Source: Octopus bimaculoides
Taxonomy: Eukaryota
Direction: 5' to 3'
Assembly: GCF_001194135.2 (NCBI RefSeq)
Contig: NC_068991.1
Span: forward strand, 42,986,708 to 43,050,707
DNA length: 64,000 nt
Below, piece by piece: positions 39,961 to 53,531 of the stretch. Position 1 is the stretch's first letter; each line of letters begins with the position of its first letter. The position numbers were made by a program, and so were the translations under genes. The notes beneath the pieces were generated by a model. The model saw only the letters and a list, made by a program, of their open reading frames with translations, was not told the origin of the DNA and did not search any database.

Positions 39961-40625
39961 CCGTTTTCTCGCACTACTTTTAAGATTAAGATCATCCTAT
40001 ATTTTTTATACATGTGGCATGTTATTTTTCTTCTATTGTTTACCACATGGTAGAAATAGATTTTGGGGGGATTTGTGTGTGTGCCTCGTAAAACTAATTA
40101 ATTATTGTTCAATGTAAAGCCATATAGGGAAGGTTCCAATCTCATCAAAGTTAGATATTATGTTTCAGGGAATTTTGTTTCTCCACCATCTTTTCCCAGT
40201 GAAAAACAATTATAGGGAATAGATAGACTAATTTCTCTTAAAAGTAAGTTTGGTATATGATTCAAAATATGTATTTTTATGTTCATCGTAAAGCAAATAT
40301 CATCATAAGTGATATCCAGGCTATAGTGGAGAGGTCAAGCCATTAGATTTGGTTAAAAAGAAGCAATGGCTAGGAGAATACTGAGCGAGGCCTAGTAACC
40401 AGTTGATCTAGCAAACAGGGCCTCCTCTCAGTGGGGTGGTGGGGGACTGCACAATAATGTCATCAAGAAGACAACCCAGAAGCAGCATGCATTCTCTCCT
40501 GATGACCACATAAGTCTGCTGGCATCAGGTATGTGGAGCTTTCAGCTGGAAGCACTTACATTTTGTTATCACTTTTTCACCTAGTCAAAGAATGTCACTT
40601 TTATTTGAGTTTATCTTTTGTCGTT

Positions 40626-40785
40626 TGTTTCAGTCATTAAACTGTAACCATGCTGGGGCACTGTTTTAAAGAATTTTAGTTGAACTAATTCACCCCTGTA
40701 TTTTTTTTAAAGCCTGATACTTATTCTATCAGTCTCTTTTGCTGAACTGCTAAGTTATGGAGTAGGGATATAAGCAAGTGCACAC

Positions 40786-40826
<41 letters not shown>

Positions 40827-40914
40827 CAAATGGGCTTCTTTCAGTTTCCATCTACCATCCACTTATAAGGCTTTGTTCAGCCTGAGGCTATAGAAGTCAC
40901 TTGCAGAAGGTGCC
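40626..40914 (-). mobile_element. CORE-type SINE (OR2-like), 5'-truncated, with (CA)n
   Basis: gtttcagtcatt..ccatgctggggcactg..gggcttctttcagtttccatctacc..gaggctatagaag. Confidence 0.85.
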
Positions 40915-41776
40915 AAATCTGTACCTATTTCTTTTGTAATATCATCAATTTTGCTTTGATAAACTTAACTCTGACCACAGACCAATTTTTCTTCTTTTGA
41001 AATAATTACACATTGATGCAATATGAAGTAATTCTTTATATATTTCTATCTATTCAAATATTCTCATAACTCTTCTGATTTGTTTTGTGTGTATTTATAA
41101 TCACATTGATTATGATCTCCAGTCATATAAAGAAAATATCCTACAGCATATGTTGTGTAAGTACATCTGTACAAATTGTATCATAACAATGACCCCTTTC
41201 AACTTCACCTTTCCTTTGGACTCCTTAAATGAATCAGGGCTTGGCTGGGAAACATAGCTTGAAGTTAAATGCCAAACTTAGAAATGTTGCTATCAATAGA
41301 GAGAAGACAGCACAGTTTTCTTGAAAGCTTTGTTGCTCCAGATTAGGCCTTGACCAAGCATATTTATGTCACATAGATTTTCAACTGAGTGACTAAGCGT
41401 GATTTACAAATCCATAGCTCTGGACATGCCATATTTCTGTCCAATAGGGAATGATATTATACAGTGGTATGCAGTGGTTAATTGTATATGGTGTAGTGTA
41501 GTAGTATAGGCATGTTCCACACTCTCCACTGTCCAGTAGGTTTCTATCTTTTACTGGAACTGCCTTTACTCTATCCACCTAGAAGTGGCATGAGCAAAGG
41601 ACTGGCTACTAAATAAGAAATCAGATCTCCTATGGAATGTTACAATACATTACCACATCTTTATAGTTGCTCCCAGAAGCTGCTTTTCTTTTATGGTCAT
41701 TATGCACAGTAAGTCAGCTGTACAGAGATATGTATATCAATGTAGCATCCAGATGTCCAAAGCAAGGCACAATATA

Positions 41777-41908
41777 CAGGGTGATTCAAAAGTCACCATA
41801 CATAGGAACAATAAGAGGGGTCAGATCAGGAAATCTAGGAGGCCTTGTAAACTGTTTCTTATAAAAAAATAAATTTTTCCTACATATGGAGACTTTTGAA
41901 TCACCCTG
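41777..41908. mobile_element. 132-bp Tc1/mariner-type MITE
   Basis: TIRs cagggtgattcaaaagtcaccatacatagga and tcctacatatggagacttttgaatcaccctg, with TA both sides. Confidence 0.92.
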
Positions 41909-42710
41909 TATAACACTCATAAGAGAATGTCAGATTGAGACATAACAGGAATATATTATCGTGCCCATATAACTGAGTGATATTATGTCTTAAACAATAC
42001 TCCCATTTGATGCTTGGCTTTTGTTGTACCCCAAATTATTCAATAAAATAGTGTAAGTAATTTGTTTCATGCATGACTATATCCGGAAATTTGTGGTGGA
42101 TCAAATAGTTTGTTTTATTGAGAAAACATCTACCTAATTCAGTTGTTAGACTAATATACAGCTGGTTGATCATTGAAAGAATTAGTTAGAATTCAGTCAC
42201 TAGGGTTTAAATAATCTCTATGAATTAGGTATGTAAAAAAAAGTATCAAACATGGTGTTTATTAGATTTAACAAATTACTAATAGAAAATATTTATAGTT
42301 CTACAACCAAAAACTCAGCCAGGTTCAGTTTGATTACTTATGATCTCATCAAAATAAGAACAATTAAAGCAGTGCAGTAGTTAGGCTTCTTGCTATCAAA
42401 ATGACTGAACTGCACTTTGAACATTTCTCAAAATATAGTTTAAACAATAAAGTGATGTATACTGATGAGTTCTATAACAAAACAGAAATGTCCAGCACTG
42501 TCTCCTCTATTTTCTAAAGAATTAAGTCATTGACTATTATTTTATTGTTTATTTTTTCTTGTTGCTTAATTATTTTTAAGTATCTTTTTATGCTCCATGA
42601 AACATATTAACATTAACTAAATAATTTACTTATTGATAAATAACCTAATTTGAAGCCAGCAAGTTTATTACTCAAAGAAAAATGTTTTGCAATTGTAAAT
42701 ATTGTACCAG

Positions 42711-42738
42711 ATGAGAGCCAGAACTACACTTGGGAAAG
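42711..42738 (+). CDS. Candidate 28-nt exon (DESQNYTWE or MRARTTLGK)
   Basis: Acceptor attgtaccag, donor AAG|gtcaga. Modest polypyrimidine tract. Confidence 0.3.
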
Positions 42739-42986
42739 GTCAGACTTCCTGTACTTTGTGAAACCAGATCAGCTATTTCCCTTCTCCAGTACTACTAAAT
42801 AAACTTAATACATTTACTATTTCCATGTGGTCTTGACTCTCTTATATGAATTGGTCTGATGAGAAGGCCAGTGTTGTGACATTACTGCTGTTATCCTTTA
42901 AAACCATTATTGGCAGACTCAAATTTTTTGTAGATCAGCTGATTCCTATCTGATGGCATTTAAATACTCTGTTTTAATTGTTTGTG

Positions 42987-43027
<41 letters not shown>

Positions 43028-43121
43028 GCAATTAAAGCTTGATATCCTGTTGTTTTTTCACTATTCATAATGACAACATTGTATTTTTCATATATCTTTG
43101 TATATTGCTGTTCCCCAATAG

Positions 43122-43136
43122 GAGTGTACTAATGAG
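43122..43136 (+). CDS. Candidate 15-nt frame-preserving microexon GAGTGTACTAATGAG (ECTNE, or xSVLMx)
   Basis: Long pyrimidine tract ending tattgctgttccccaatag, donor GAG|gtactt, length divisible by 3. Confidence 0.5.
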
Positions 43137-44659
43137 GTACTTTCTTCTCCATCCTTTCTAAAATTTTCCCCTCCTTCCCTCTCTCTTTATTTCCATGCAT
43201 TTCCTACTAAAAAAATTAATAAATGGGGATTTTTGTTGTTGGTCTTTCTTTTCTTTGTTTTAAGTTCCTGTTATTATAAGTGGTTTCACTAAGGACTGAC
43301 TATATAGTGACCAAGTGGTTAGCATATTAAACTATTGGTTTACAAGTTACATTTTCAGAGACATTTGGTTTGTGCTTTAGCCTATTAAAAATAAACAAAA
43401 AAGTTATTTCCCATGTTCGTTTTGAAAGTGAGGACGTCTTTTTAAGATAGTAGCTGTAATAGATTAAAAGTAGCACAATTAGCATCATCACTGACTATAC
43501 CTACAGACCTGCATGTTCAATCACTTTCAAATGTTTACACATCTACAACAGAATGATAATACTATTACAAACCATCCTAAGAACTCTATTCTTTCCACTT
43601 AGCTAGGCAAAAATTAAAAGCATATACTTAGCAAAATAGCTACAGCATCAATAATTTCAGTAGACTCCACTCTAATACTGTGTAGGGATGCACAACAACA
43701 ACATACTAACAGCAATTGTTGGGCTATGCTGAGTCACCCACCTTTATTATGGTTTTCATCAGAAGCAACATACACTGAAGAATATTCAGTACATCTACAC
43801 TTCCTCACTGCACCCAACACATGTCAGCATGCAGTGTTCTTCATCTTGGCCAAAATGGAATATACCTGGAGTGCTGGATCTTAGGACTGCATCTAGTCAT
43901 GCAGCTATCTACATGCCATATGTTTTCTTTACTAAGGTTAAATGAAAAGCTTCAGAAGAGTTATCTTTTTGTAGGAAGAATGATATACTTATCAAATATT
44001 TTCAGCAAAATTTATATGAATATCTGTTTTTCAGAAGCATCCATCAGTGTTAACATGGAATGCTTCTATTCTAATGTTTTAGCCAAGAACTATTATTTTT
44101 CAAGCAATTATGGCTTGATTCTTACTTCCTTCATACATCTATATTCCAATCCTTAGAATATTGATTTGTACAAATACACTAAAACCTTTCAATAATCCTA
44201 GCTGAAATGTGTAATTCGAATCTCAGCAAATTATGTTACTATTGTTTCGTTATAAGTATTTCTACTGAAATAGCACAAAGCAATTTGAAACAAACCCTCT
44301 TCCTCAAATACTGTCAGTTCTTAGCTAATATTCTTATGTATTTGAACCAATCTTTATATTTCATCAAATCATCTTTATTATTTGGCATATGTCCATTTTC
44401 TTTTATTAGTTGCTCTTAGGAAGTTTTTACGAAAATTACATTCCTTTTTTTTCCCCTCCCTATCTTTTGGTTTTCTTCCATGACGTTCATCATCATGTTT
44501 GATCACCACCACTCCTCTTACACAGCCTAAGTCTGTTATTGTCAAACATAACAGCTTAAGATTGATTCACAATCCCTAGATACAATGTACAAAGCCTATT
44601 CTAGACTAGTTGTACTCTCAAAATTATTATATAATAATATTAAGCTTTTGGCACACTTG

Positions 44660-45880
44660 TCTCATCATGCATACATATCCTTGATCTCTTTCTAGCCACC
44701 AAACCCAGCCTTTACCAAATTACAATTATTTCTACACCTGTTGCATCCTCTGACCACTGTCTAATAATCATGGCTACCTCACCACACATTGACATACATA
44801 TTCTGTATCTCTTCACATCAGCTAACTTGTCAGATCTCTGCCACTGTTTTACACTAATTATCCCCGGAACATCTGTACTTTACTCCTGAATGATCTACTC
44901 AATGCAAATCAGCGGGTAATTTAAGCCATCATCCTAGGCATGTCCTTTAACATCCCTCAGAAACAAATCCCACAAGTGGTTCACATGGAGCTATGCTGCA
45001 GCAGTACAGCTGAAAAACATTATCTACATTGCCTTGTAAAAATTATCCATCTTTACCATCTTGGTGGCTTTTACAGACTACCATCTGTAAAGCAAAAGAC
45101 ACTTTGTACAACCTGCAAGATCTCTTGCCTCCCAAGTACCAAACCAGTCCTTTTGATCCTTTGCTGAAAAAGATCTGTAACAACTTTATAGAATCTTCTG
45201 GCCCACCACTTTTCAACCATGATGACTTCATAAGCAGCTTTAACAATTTCCTTTACCAAGCCCTGACATCCCTCTCCTTCCTCACTGATCATGTGCATAA
45301 CTTCTGTAGAGCCCGATCCACTGGATACCTGCTTGCATATGTCTGTCACCAGTGTTCCCATGAGAAATTCAGCAATGCTGCTATTAACTTCAACAAAGCA
45401 TTTGGTAGTCTGGCATATAATTCTTCTGATTAAATGATTCATCTATGGATGAATCACTTGAGTTCAAAAATTGAGTTCATATCACACCATCACAGCTGGT
45501 CTTAATAGGACTTTCTCTGCAATGCAAACCTGATCAACTATGGTGTACTACAAGGTTTGGTTGTGACCCATTACACTCTTCTTTCTATCCATTAACCACT
45601 CATTTGCTATCACCTCAAATAACACTCACTCTTATACAGATGATACTTGTCTTCAGTGCTTCTACACAAAGGTGTCTTCCATATACTTCCTACACACCTC
45701 ACTTCAAATTTGCATTAACTCCATAAACACAAACTTTGTTTCACATTCTCTTATGGAGACATGATAATATTACCTCCTTTAACAACACAAAGTCATGGTA
45801 ACTGCTCATATCAAGAAAATGTCTACTCAATCAGGGCTGACCTTTGACTAAACAAAAATTATCCTGTTCCAAGCATGGTT
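44660..45880 (+). mobile_element. CR1/L2-group LINE endonuclease/RT remnant
   Basis: RSTGYLL..INFNKAFGSL (DxxKAFD), GVLQGLVV (GVPQGSVL), SYTDDT (YADD). Confidence 0.8.
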
Positions 45881-48169
45881 GTGTTTATGTTTGTGTCTGC
45901 TATCCAGTGAACATTAGAATTGATAGTATTGATTCCATGCCTGCTGTTCATCATTTCTAATGTTACTAAGCCTCACTAGGCTCTATATCCTGAAGACAAT
46001 TTTCCAGCCATATTTTTGTGTACTGCACAAGTTTAATTTTTGAAGTTTGTGTATATGTGTCTGTGTACACAGATTCATTATGCTTGTGCATCAAATGCCT
46101 TAAAAAACGTTTTTCAAAAATACTCCCCAAGAAATTATCTCATTTGGAGCAAAATTTTTGAGGTTAAGGATGGTGTTTTTGAAAACAGTCCTTTACTTTG
46201 AAATGATTAGATATTGTTACTCTAGTCAACGTGCACATAATACTTCACTTAAAAATTGTTTAATTTCTTATCATCAACCAATATAGAACAGTAATGTCTA
46301 TTATTTTACCTTTAAAATAGTTCAATCGCTATGAATGATATAGTAACATTGTGTTAAGACTGTCTTAAAATTGCATTATTTTGATTTTTAGTCTCTTACT
46401 GTAAAGGTCAAATTGTTAATATCATATAGGCATAATCTTTTTCTTATTCTCATACATCACTCAGAAACACCAAATATACTATTTGCAGCCATTCAGTTAT
46501 TCACAAAATGCTTAAAATACTGCAAAATTATTGTTTCAGCTTGATTCAATATAAAAGCATTTGATGGTGAGAGCCATATTAAGAATGTAATATAGTAACA
46601 ATCTGATTTCAATTCTTTTAAAAATTTAATTTTTCTTATGTTGTTTACTAATATAAAAGTATAACTCCAAAATGTTAAAATTATATTCAACATTTAAACA
46701 CTACTGTCATTTTTGTATTTCATCGTATTTGATGACCTCTGTGTAAGTGAAAAAATACAACCTTAGCTTTGCTATGTGTTGATTGGTCTGGTTTTAAGGA
46801 ATGGAAAATACCAACCAACCAGCCATTTGGCCAGCCATCAGTTATCTTTCATTAGTAATTCATCTATAAGTCAATATCTGCTTCAGCAGAAACAGCACTG
46901 CAAGATATTTCCACATTATGTTCCATATGACACCACTTTCCAATATTTGCTGCTGTTTACTTTCTCAATGTATAACATTTTGTATCTGCCTTCATTACAC
47001 TTTTACACATTTATCAAGATATACTACTTTTCACTTACTGCATAGCATTCAGTTTTTGAATACAAAATATATCTCACTTCCATTAACTCACACCCACATA
47101 TGTATACATACATGTGAACACAGAATTTAGGCCCAAGCTATTTGATAATCAACCAAGTTAAAACAATATGTTATCAAAATATAACTTTCAAAAATATAAA
47201 CTCTACACACTAAAGCAAAACCATAAATGGGGAAAGACTACCATATGACTCTAAAATGGGTACATATGCATGCTGTATATTAAGGATAAAATACCAATTC
47301 AGTGGAGGAAATATCATCGCCTTTTCGTAGAATTGAATAATACTTTTCACTCTCTTTCTTACTGTCTCCCCATCCTCTCTCATCTAGCTAACCAATCTAT
47401 TTATCTCTCTATCTCTCTCTCTCTCTCTCTCTACATACACGCACACACACACACATCCATGATCTGACACTTCTGCACAGGACAATTCAGTGCACAACTC
47501 TGCATGTTTTACAGGTTTCATTAAATGAAAGGGGTTATTTAATTTTATCTCTAAAGTGAGGCTGTAGAGTTGGCACTCAAAATCTTCAGTTACAACTCCT
47601 CTGTGATTAAGCTAATAATTTCTTAGATTAATTGAAAATATACAAATTACATGACCAACATGAATCATCATGTCATTTTTTACCACTCTAATCTGTTAAA
47701 GCTATGATGAAGTACACAACCCTTTCTTTTCCAGATTAAAGTATTGTTTGAATATAAAATTTATGTAAATGATGCATGAAAGAATACATGAAATGAAATA
47801 AAAAATATTGTGAAGGATTGAAAAGTTTATCCCTACAAAATTATAGAAACATTATATCTATTAAACAGGGGCTGAATCAGAAAATCCAGATCCAAAATTT
47901 ACTAACATCTTACTCTTAGATTTGCTTCTACCAGATCCTCCTTCATTTGATTTGATTAATTTCAAGATAGTATCTGTAAAATTGAAAATTATAATGCATG
48001 TATTATATTTAACATTTAATCAGTCAAAACATATTTACTGACTTCAATTCCAGTAACCCCATAATTAATTCCAACTCCACAGCTTTGCTTTTGTATTTTT
48101 CTGAACTTTTTGTGATTAACAATATTTTTCTCATCTTAACATCCATTGCAAAAGTTTTAATTAGCCCTG

Positions 48170-49400
48170 TGGAATGGATTATATCAGACAAAAGGCAAAA
48201 TCGCATTTTGCTAAATGAATTTTACTACTGTTTAGATAGAAAAATTGGAAATGGAAAAAAGTCTTGGCATTGTGTTGAAGAGAAATGCAAAGGCCACATC
48301 TACGTTAATGGAAGTTTATTGAAAAATGTCATGGATCATGGCCATGTACTGCAGCCAGCAATATCACCAATGAAATAGACACTTTCAAATATTCGTGAGA
48401 GGACTGGAGCATTTAATAATATGCTAGGGAGAGTTATCCAACAGATGGATGCCTCTTTGCCAGATAAAGCAAAGATTCTACTTCGGCAATATGCTTCATT
48501 ACAACAAACTGTTCAGCATCATAGAAAAGCAGATGGTAAGCCAAATCCAGCATCTGATAATGTATTTTATTATCTGAATATTTAGTTGCACACAGTGTTG
48601 AAGCCAACAATAGTATGAGAATGTTTGTATTTTTTGTGCATCAAAAATATTGAACTCCTTAAAGAATAATGACACTGCCTTGCAGATAATACATTTAAAA
48701 TAGTCTCTAACCCCTTACCTTTTATATAAACCATGTAATTCATATGGTTTTTGAAGGTTGTGTATTTCCAATGTTATATGTACAGACACACATTGCAAAA
48801 TAAAACAGGATTCATGTGAAAGATAACTAATGAAATATTTTAATTTGAACCCAGATACTCTGCTCACTGAATTTGAAAAAGCACTCCAAAATGTGTTTTC
48901 AACTGTTTTGGGGAACATGCAAAAAGTGGGGTACTTCTTTCACCTCAGCCAAAAAAAGAATGGATGAATATTCAAAATATCTATCATTCAACTTCATTTA
49001 AGGATATAACATTGAAGGATATTTACCAGCCTTAACTTTTTTTTAATTGAATCTCAGCAAGATGTTATCCTTCCTAAGCTAGAAGAATTAACAAATTATT
49101 TCAAGGACACATGAATTGGTTACTATTTGATTACCATTGTGAAAGAGAAGCTGTTTTTTTTAATTAGAATTATGGATTCTGGTTTCAAGGAGAGCTACCA
49201 AAGATCACCAATTCATTAAAAAAAAAAGTGTGGCATTAAAGCATTGAAGTAGTGTTGGGCATAACCACCCTTTGTAGGTTTATAGATATTCTTATATTTG
49301 AGTTGAATCATATAGAAAAGACTATATCAAAAATACAATTAAGACAAAAGTTAGCAGTAATGGAATTAAAAATGATAGACTGGCAACTGTTCCCACATTG
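48170..49400 (+). mobile_element. Mutator-like (MULE) transposase remnant with FLYWCH-type domain
   Basis: KSWHCVEEKCKGHI..DHGH, ADNTFK, LNPDTLLTEFEKALQNVF, LPKITNSL..WH. Many stops. Confidence 0.85.
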
Positions 49401-50501
49401 AACTACAGAAATAAACTGTGTAAAATATATAATGTATGGGTGTGTCAGTGTAGATATGTGTGTGTGTGTGCGTCGGTGTATGTATACATCTCATTTTGTC
49501 TTTCTATGGTTCTCACACAAAAGAAACAAAAATTATATAAAATATTAAGAACCTTGGAATTTCACCTTTAGTTTATGTTACAAATAGTCATTTGTTTACT
49601 GTAGTTGTAGATATTATTTGCCAAAATTTTCAAAACTATTGACTCAGTTGGATTTCTCTTTGAGTTCTAGTATCTAACTGGGCTCTTTTCATGATGTCAT
49701 CAAATATAGAATATATATCAGAGCCAACCATTATGTCTTATGCAAATTATTTGGTCGTCCTCTTTCCAAGCATTTTCCATCCTTTTTCCACCTCCCCATC
49801 TCAGTCACTGTTTTTTACTTTCTGAATCATCTGTAAATTCATATGCCTACTTATGCATTTGCTCGAATCAATTTAACCAATACGCATAGATATAGTTAAG
49901 CAATTGATTACCAATCTGTCAGACCTAAGTAATCTATATTGCCTGACTGACTGTAGAACATACAAATGAGTGGTTACTTCTGAGTAGAATAAACCATTGT
50001 CTGCTTATTTACTGCTAAATGGATTTAATTTCTTATTTATAATCCTTAAGTTGCCAATGGTTTTAATAATCAAAATGTGTCAGAGCAATTTTGGTTATAT
50101 GCAATAGAAAGTCCAATGAAGTTGGGTATATTCACTGAAATTCTATTATCAGAAAGCAAATTAGGCAAACCTGTATATGGAATTGAGTAATGTCTTTTGT
50201 TGAGTGCAGATGTAAAAAGGAATACGTAATGCCTGAATGTTCTTCCTGAATCAGCTGTTTTGATGTAGTTAAGGGGAGTGGGCATGCAAGAAAATTTGGG
50301 TCAGTTTTTAATCTGAGTATTAACACTTAGCATTAATGCATCACTGGATTCCTAGCCATTCATTGAAACCATCTAAATCTTTGAGTGTTGCATCAACTAC
50401 TTCATAAATTTCATTTGAGTTTATGCTCCAAATTATTTCTTACACACAAGCACACGTTTGATTTTTGTTTTTCTACATGAAATCTGAATTAGCATATCTA
50501 C

Positions 50502-50532
<31 letters not shown>

Positions 50533-51340
50533 CCATTACAAAGACTACAAGATGCTGATCTTGGAACATATGTAGGATTCTAAACTAAACTAATAGCAAG
50601 CAGCCATTGTGAATAAATAATGAATGAAAGATGTACAGATCTTTTTTTGTTCTTATGAAAGGTTTATTGTTCATGACATTTAAAATTAGATTACATTTCA
50701 GCTGAATTGTGTATGTGTGTGTGTGAGAGATAGAGAGAGAGAGAGAGGTATTAAATAATGATAATTTGTTATAGCTTGAATTGAGACATCAGTTTTTAAT
50801 ACAAACCTATTTGGGTTAATTAATAAGAGTATAAAAAGAAGGAAGGTAAGAATGAAGTGTGTAAAATCAGCAACAGCTACACCACAAATTATTGTAACTT
50901 AAACTACCTCTAATATTGCCTTTAAATACCAATACTTAATCAAAGCTGGACATAAAAATGTAATGTCCTAATCTGAACAGATCAAGATCTTTAAGCATAC
51001 ATGGTGAATAAAAAGATAAGGGTTGTTTGATAAATGCATTTGCTTATATTGTAACTTAGATTCAAGACCAACCTAACTATCTCTGTGGAATTAATAAAAT
51101 ATGCAGAAATAAAATAATGGAATGTGACAGCTGATTAAACTTAATTTAGATTGCCATATAATTAGTTTCTTCCCGTAGGCCCTATAAGAAAATTCAAATT
51201 ACTCTGCTCTCTTTTAGACCATTACCTTACTAATTTATATTACATTCTGATGGCAGGACAGTCTCTGATTTCCTTGAAAGATGGTTAAGCATACACACAA
51301 TTTAACCACCCATATTGTGATCTAATGCTGGACTTTACTA

Positions 51341-52511
51341 TTAGGTTGTTTCACATGAAATGTTGCATTTTTAATTACTTGTTATTTCAGTCATTTAAAA
51401 ACTCAACTATGTATACCTTGCATTTAATCTTGACTCTTTTTCTTTCCCAAAAATATTGGTATACAAAATTCCTACCTACAGACCACATGAAAATGATAAC
51501 AACCAAACTATGCTGAGTGATTTTCTTGTATGAGTACAAACTGGGTTACTCTGCTGCAGAAGTTCTACGGAATATCAAGCAGGCCTTTGGTAATGGTTTT
51601 GTTGACATCAGAACTGTTCAGAGAGGATTCCAATGTTTTTGTTCAGGAGATGATAGCCTTGAAAATAAACCGATTGGTAGGCCAAAATCAATTATTCATC
51701 TTGATGGATTGAATGCTTTGGTTGAACAAAGGTTCGAAAGCTTTCATCAGAACTCCAAACATTTCGCACAACTGTTTTTGGACACTTGGAAAAGTCAAAA
51801 AAACAGACGCCTTGAAGTTGCTTTCTCGACTGGAAAAAGACCATTTTTGCATCAAATCATTACTTGTGATGAGAAATGGATACTCTTTGACAACAACAAA
51901 ACAGGACAGCGATTAGATGCAGGAGAGTCACCTAAACACTACCCAAACCCACCATTGCACCCTAGAAAGTTAGTAGTCACTGTGTAGTGGTCTGTGAAGG
52001 GAATTATTCATTTTTGCAACAAGATAAAACTGTAACAGCAACATTGTATTGCCAGGAAATTGATTGTATGCATGAGAATTTGAAAAAGAAGCAACCCAGA
52101 CTAGTGAATACTGGTGGCCCAATTTTGCTCCACAACAATGCACATCCTCATACTCTTCAAGCTACAGTCCAAAAGTTGCAACGCCCAAATTATGATATTT
52201 TGCAACATCCTCCCTATTTCCCTGATATTTCTCCTACTGATCATCACTTATTTAAGCATTTTGAGCTTTTCATAAGTAATAAAACATTCTTAAATCAAGA
52301 AGAGGTAATTGAAGCATTCAGACAGTTTATCACCGGAAAAAGATGAATTTTTTTTTTTAAAAGATGGAATATATGACATAGAGAAACATTGGGTAAACAT
52401 CATAAATGAACATGGATGATACTTTGATTTTTTTAAAAATCAGTTCTCTAACACTTCTGAAACATTTTATTGTTACCTTTCAAATACGACTTATCATGTG
52501 AAACAACCTAA
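51341..52511 (+). mobile_element. Near full-length mariner (Hsmar1/SETMAR-like), frameshifted
   Basis: TIRs ttaggttgtttcacatga and tcatgtgaaacaacctaa, with TA both sides. ORF pieces 51517-51987 and 51987-52346 contain FLYEYKLG, TCDEKWI, LLHNNAHPH, HPPYFPDISPTD. Confidence 0.95.
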
Positions 52512-53483
52512 TATATTTGATAAATATTTGGAGATTCAACCTATTATTTGTTAATAGCTGTATAGCATACCCATAACTGTAATTTTGTTATATTTAGGTT
52601 TTGTTTCATTTATTTTATTTGTTATATTAAGATTTATTTTTATTTGTTTTTCCTTATTCACATTGTTGACAAGAGTTTTCTATCTTTATCACCAATCTGC
52701 ATCAGATCTAGCCCATAGCAATGTTTACTCTGGCCTCCAGCTCAGTTTTATAAAAAAAACTCAAAATGTTTTTAGTGTTTTAATTTTAAAATATTCTCTA
52801 AAATATATCACCAGTGTGTATTTAGAATCAGAGCCTGACTAGAATTGTGATTAGTTAAATCTGCATTCTAGAAAATCTTTTGCTACCTTAACCAGCGAAC
52901 AAAAAAATGCTTATGAATCCATATATTAAAAGAAGTGACATCTTTCTCCTTTACTTTGTCTTTATATAATGTGCCAAACAAGGTTTTTTGGGTTTTGTTT
53001 ATTCTTTCATGTTTACTCTCATGTTTGTCCAAATGGATTCTAGTGATATGAATGATATTGAAAGGTTTTGCAGTTGAAACAATGCAAGATTTCTAGCAAG
53101 CATTTGGTTTTTCCCAAGAACTATTTATATTTATTTGCACAGATTCTATCTCCATTCTTACTCTAAGAACTTCTACTTAATAGGGATATATATATATCAT
53201 GTGAATGAGCTTTTCTTCCACATTTCTGCTCATAAACTTTACTAACACTTTACATTCATTCCTTTCTTTATTGTTAAATAAAGGTGTTATAATGTATATT
53301 CATCTACTTTGACTTACATAATGGATAGGGTTTTATGAATAATTGTTGCTATCTGACCCTCAAAACCTAGTGTATACTTTAATCTGAGCCCACAAGATCT
53401 GGCTTATGCTTTTATCTGGCCCACAAAGTCAATCAAATTTAACACCACTGAGTTACCGTCATTACTTTGCTTTTTTGATGATG

Positions 53484-53529
<46 letters not shown>
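53484..53529. repeat. (ATT)n microsatellite
   Basis: About 15 units. Confidence 0.95.

Positions 53530-53531
<2 letters not shown>

Noticed and set aside
40330-40535. Exon-like segment ending CAG|gtatgt (VIKKTTQKQHAFSPDDHISLLAS)
   Set aside because: In-frame stop upstream with no good acceptor. The sequence looks like the 5' region of a LINE.
42755-42875. GAAA...CTGATGAG arrangement suggesting a hammerhead ribozyme
   Set aside because: The required stems I and II do not pair.
50070-50330. Stop-interrupted protein-like frame on + (QFWLYAIESPMKLGIFTE...)
   Set aside because: No recognisable motif. Probably an old TE fragment but unassignable.
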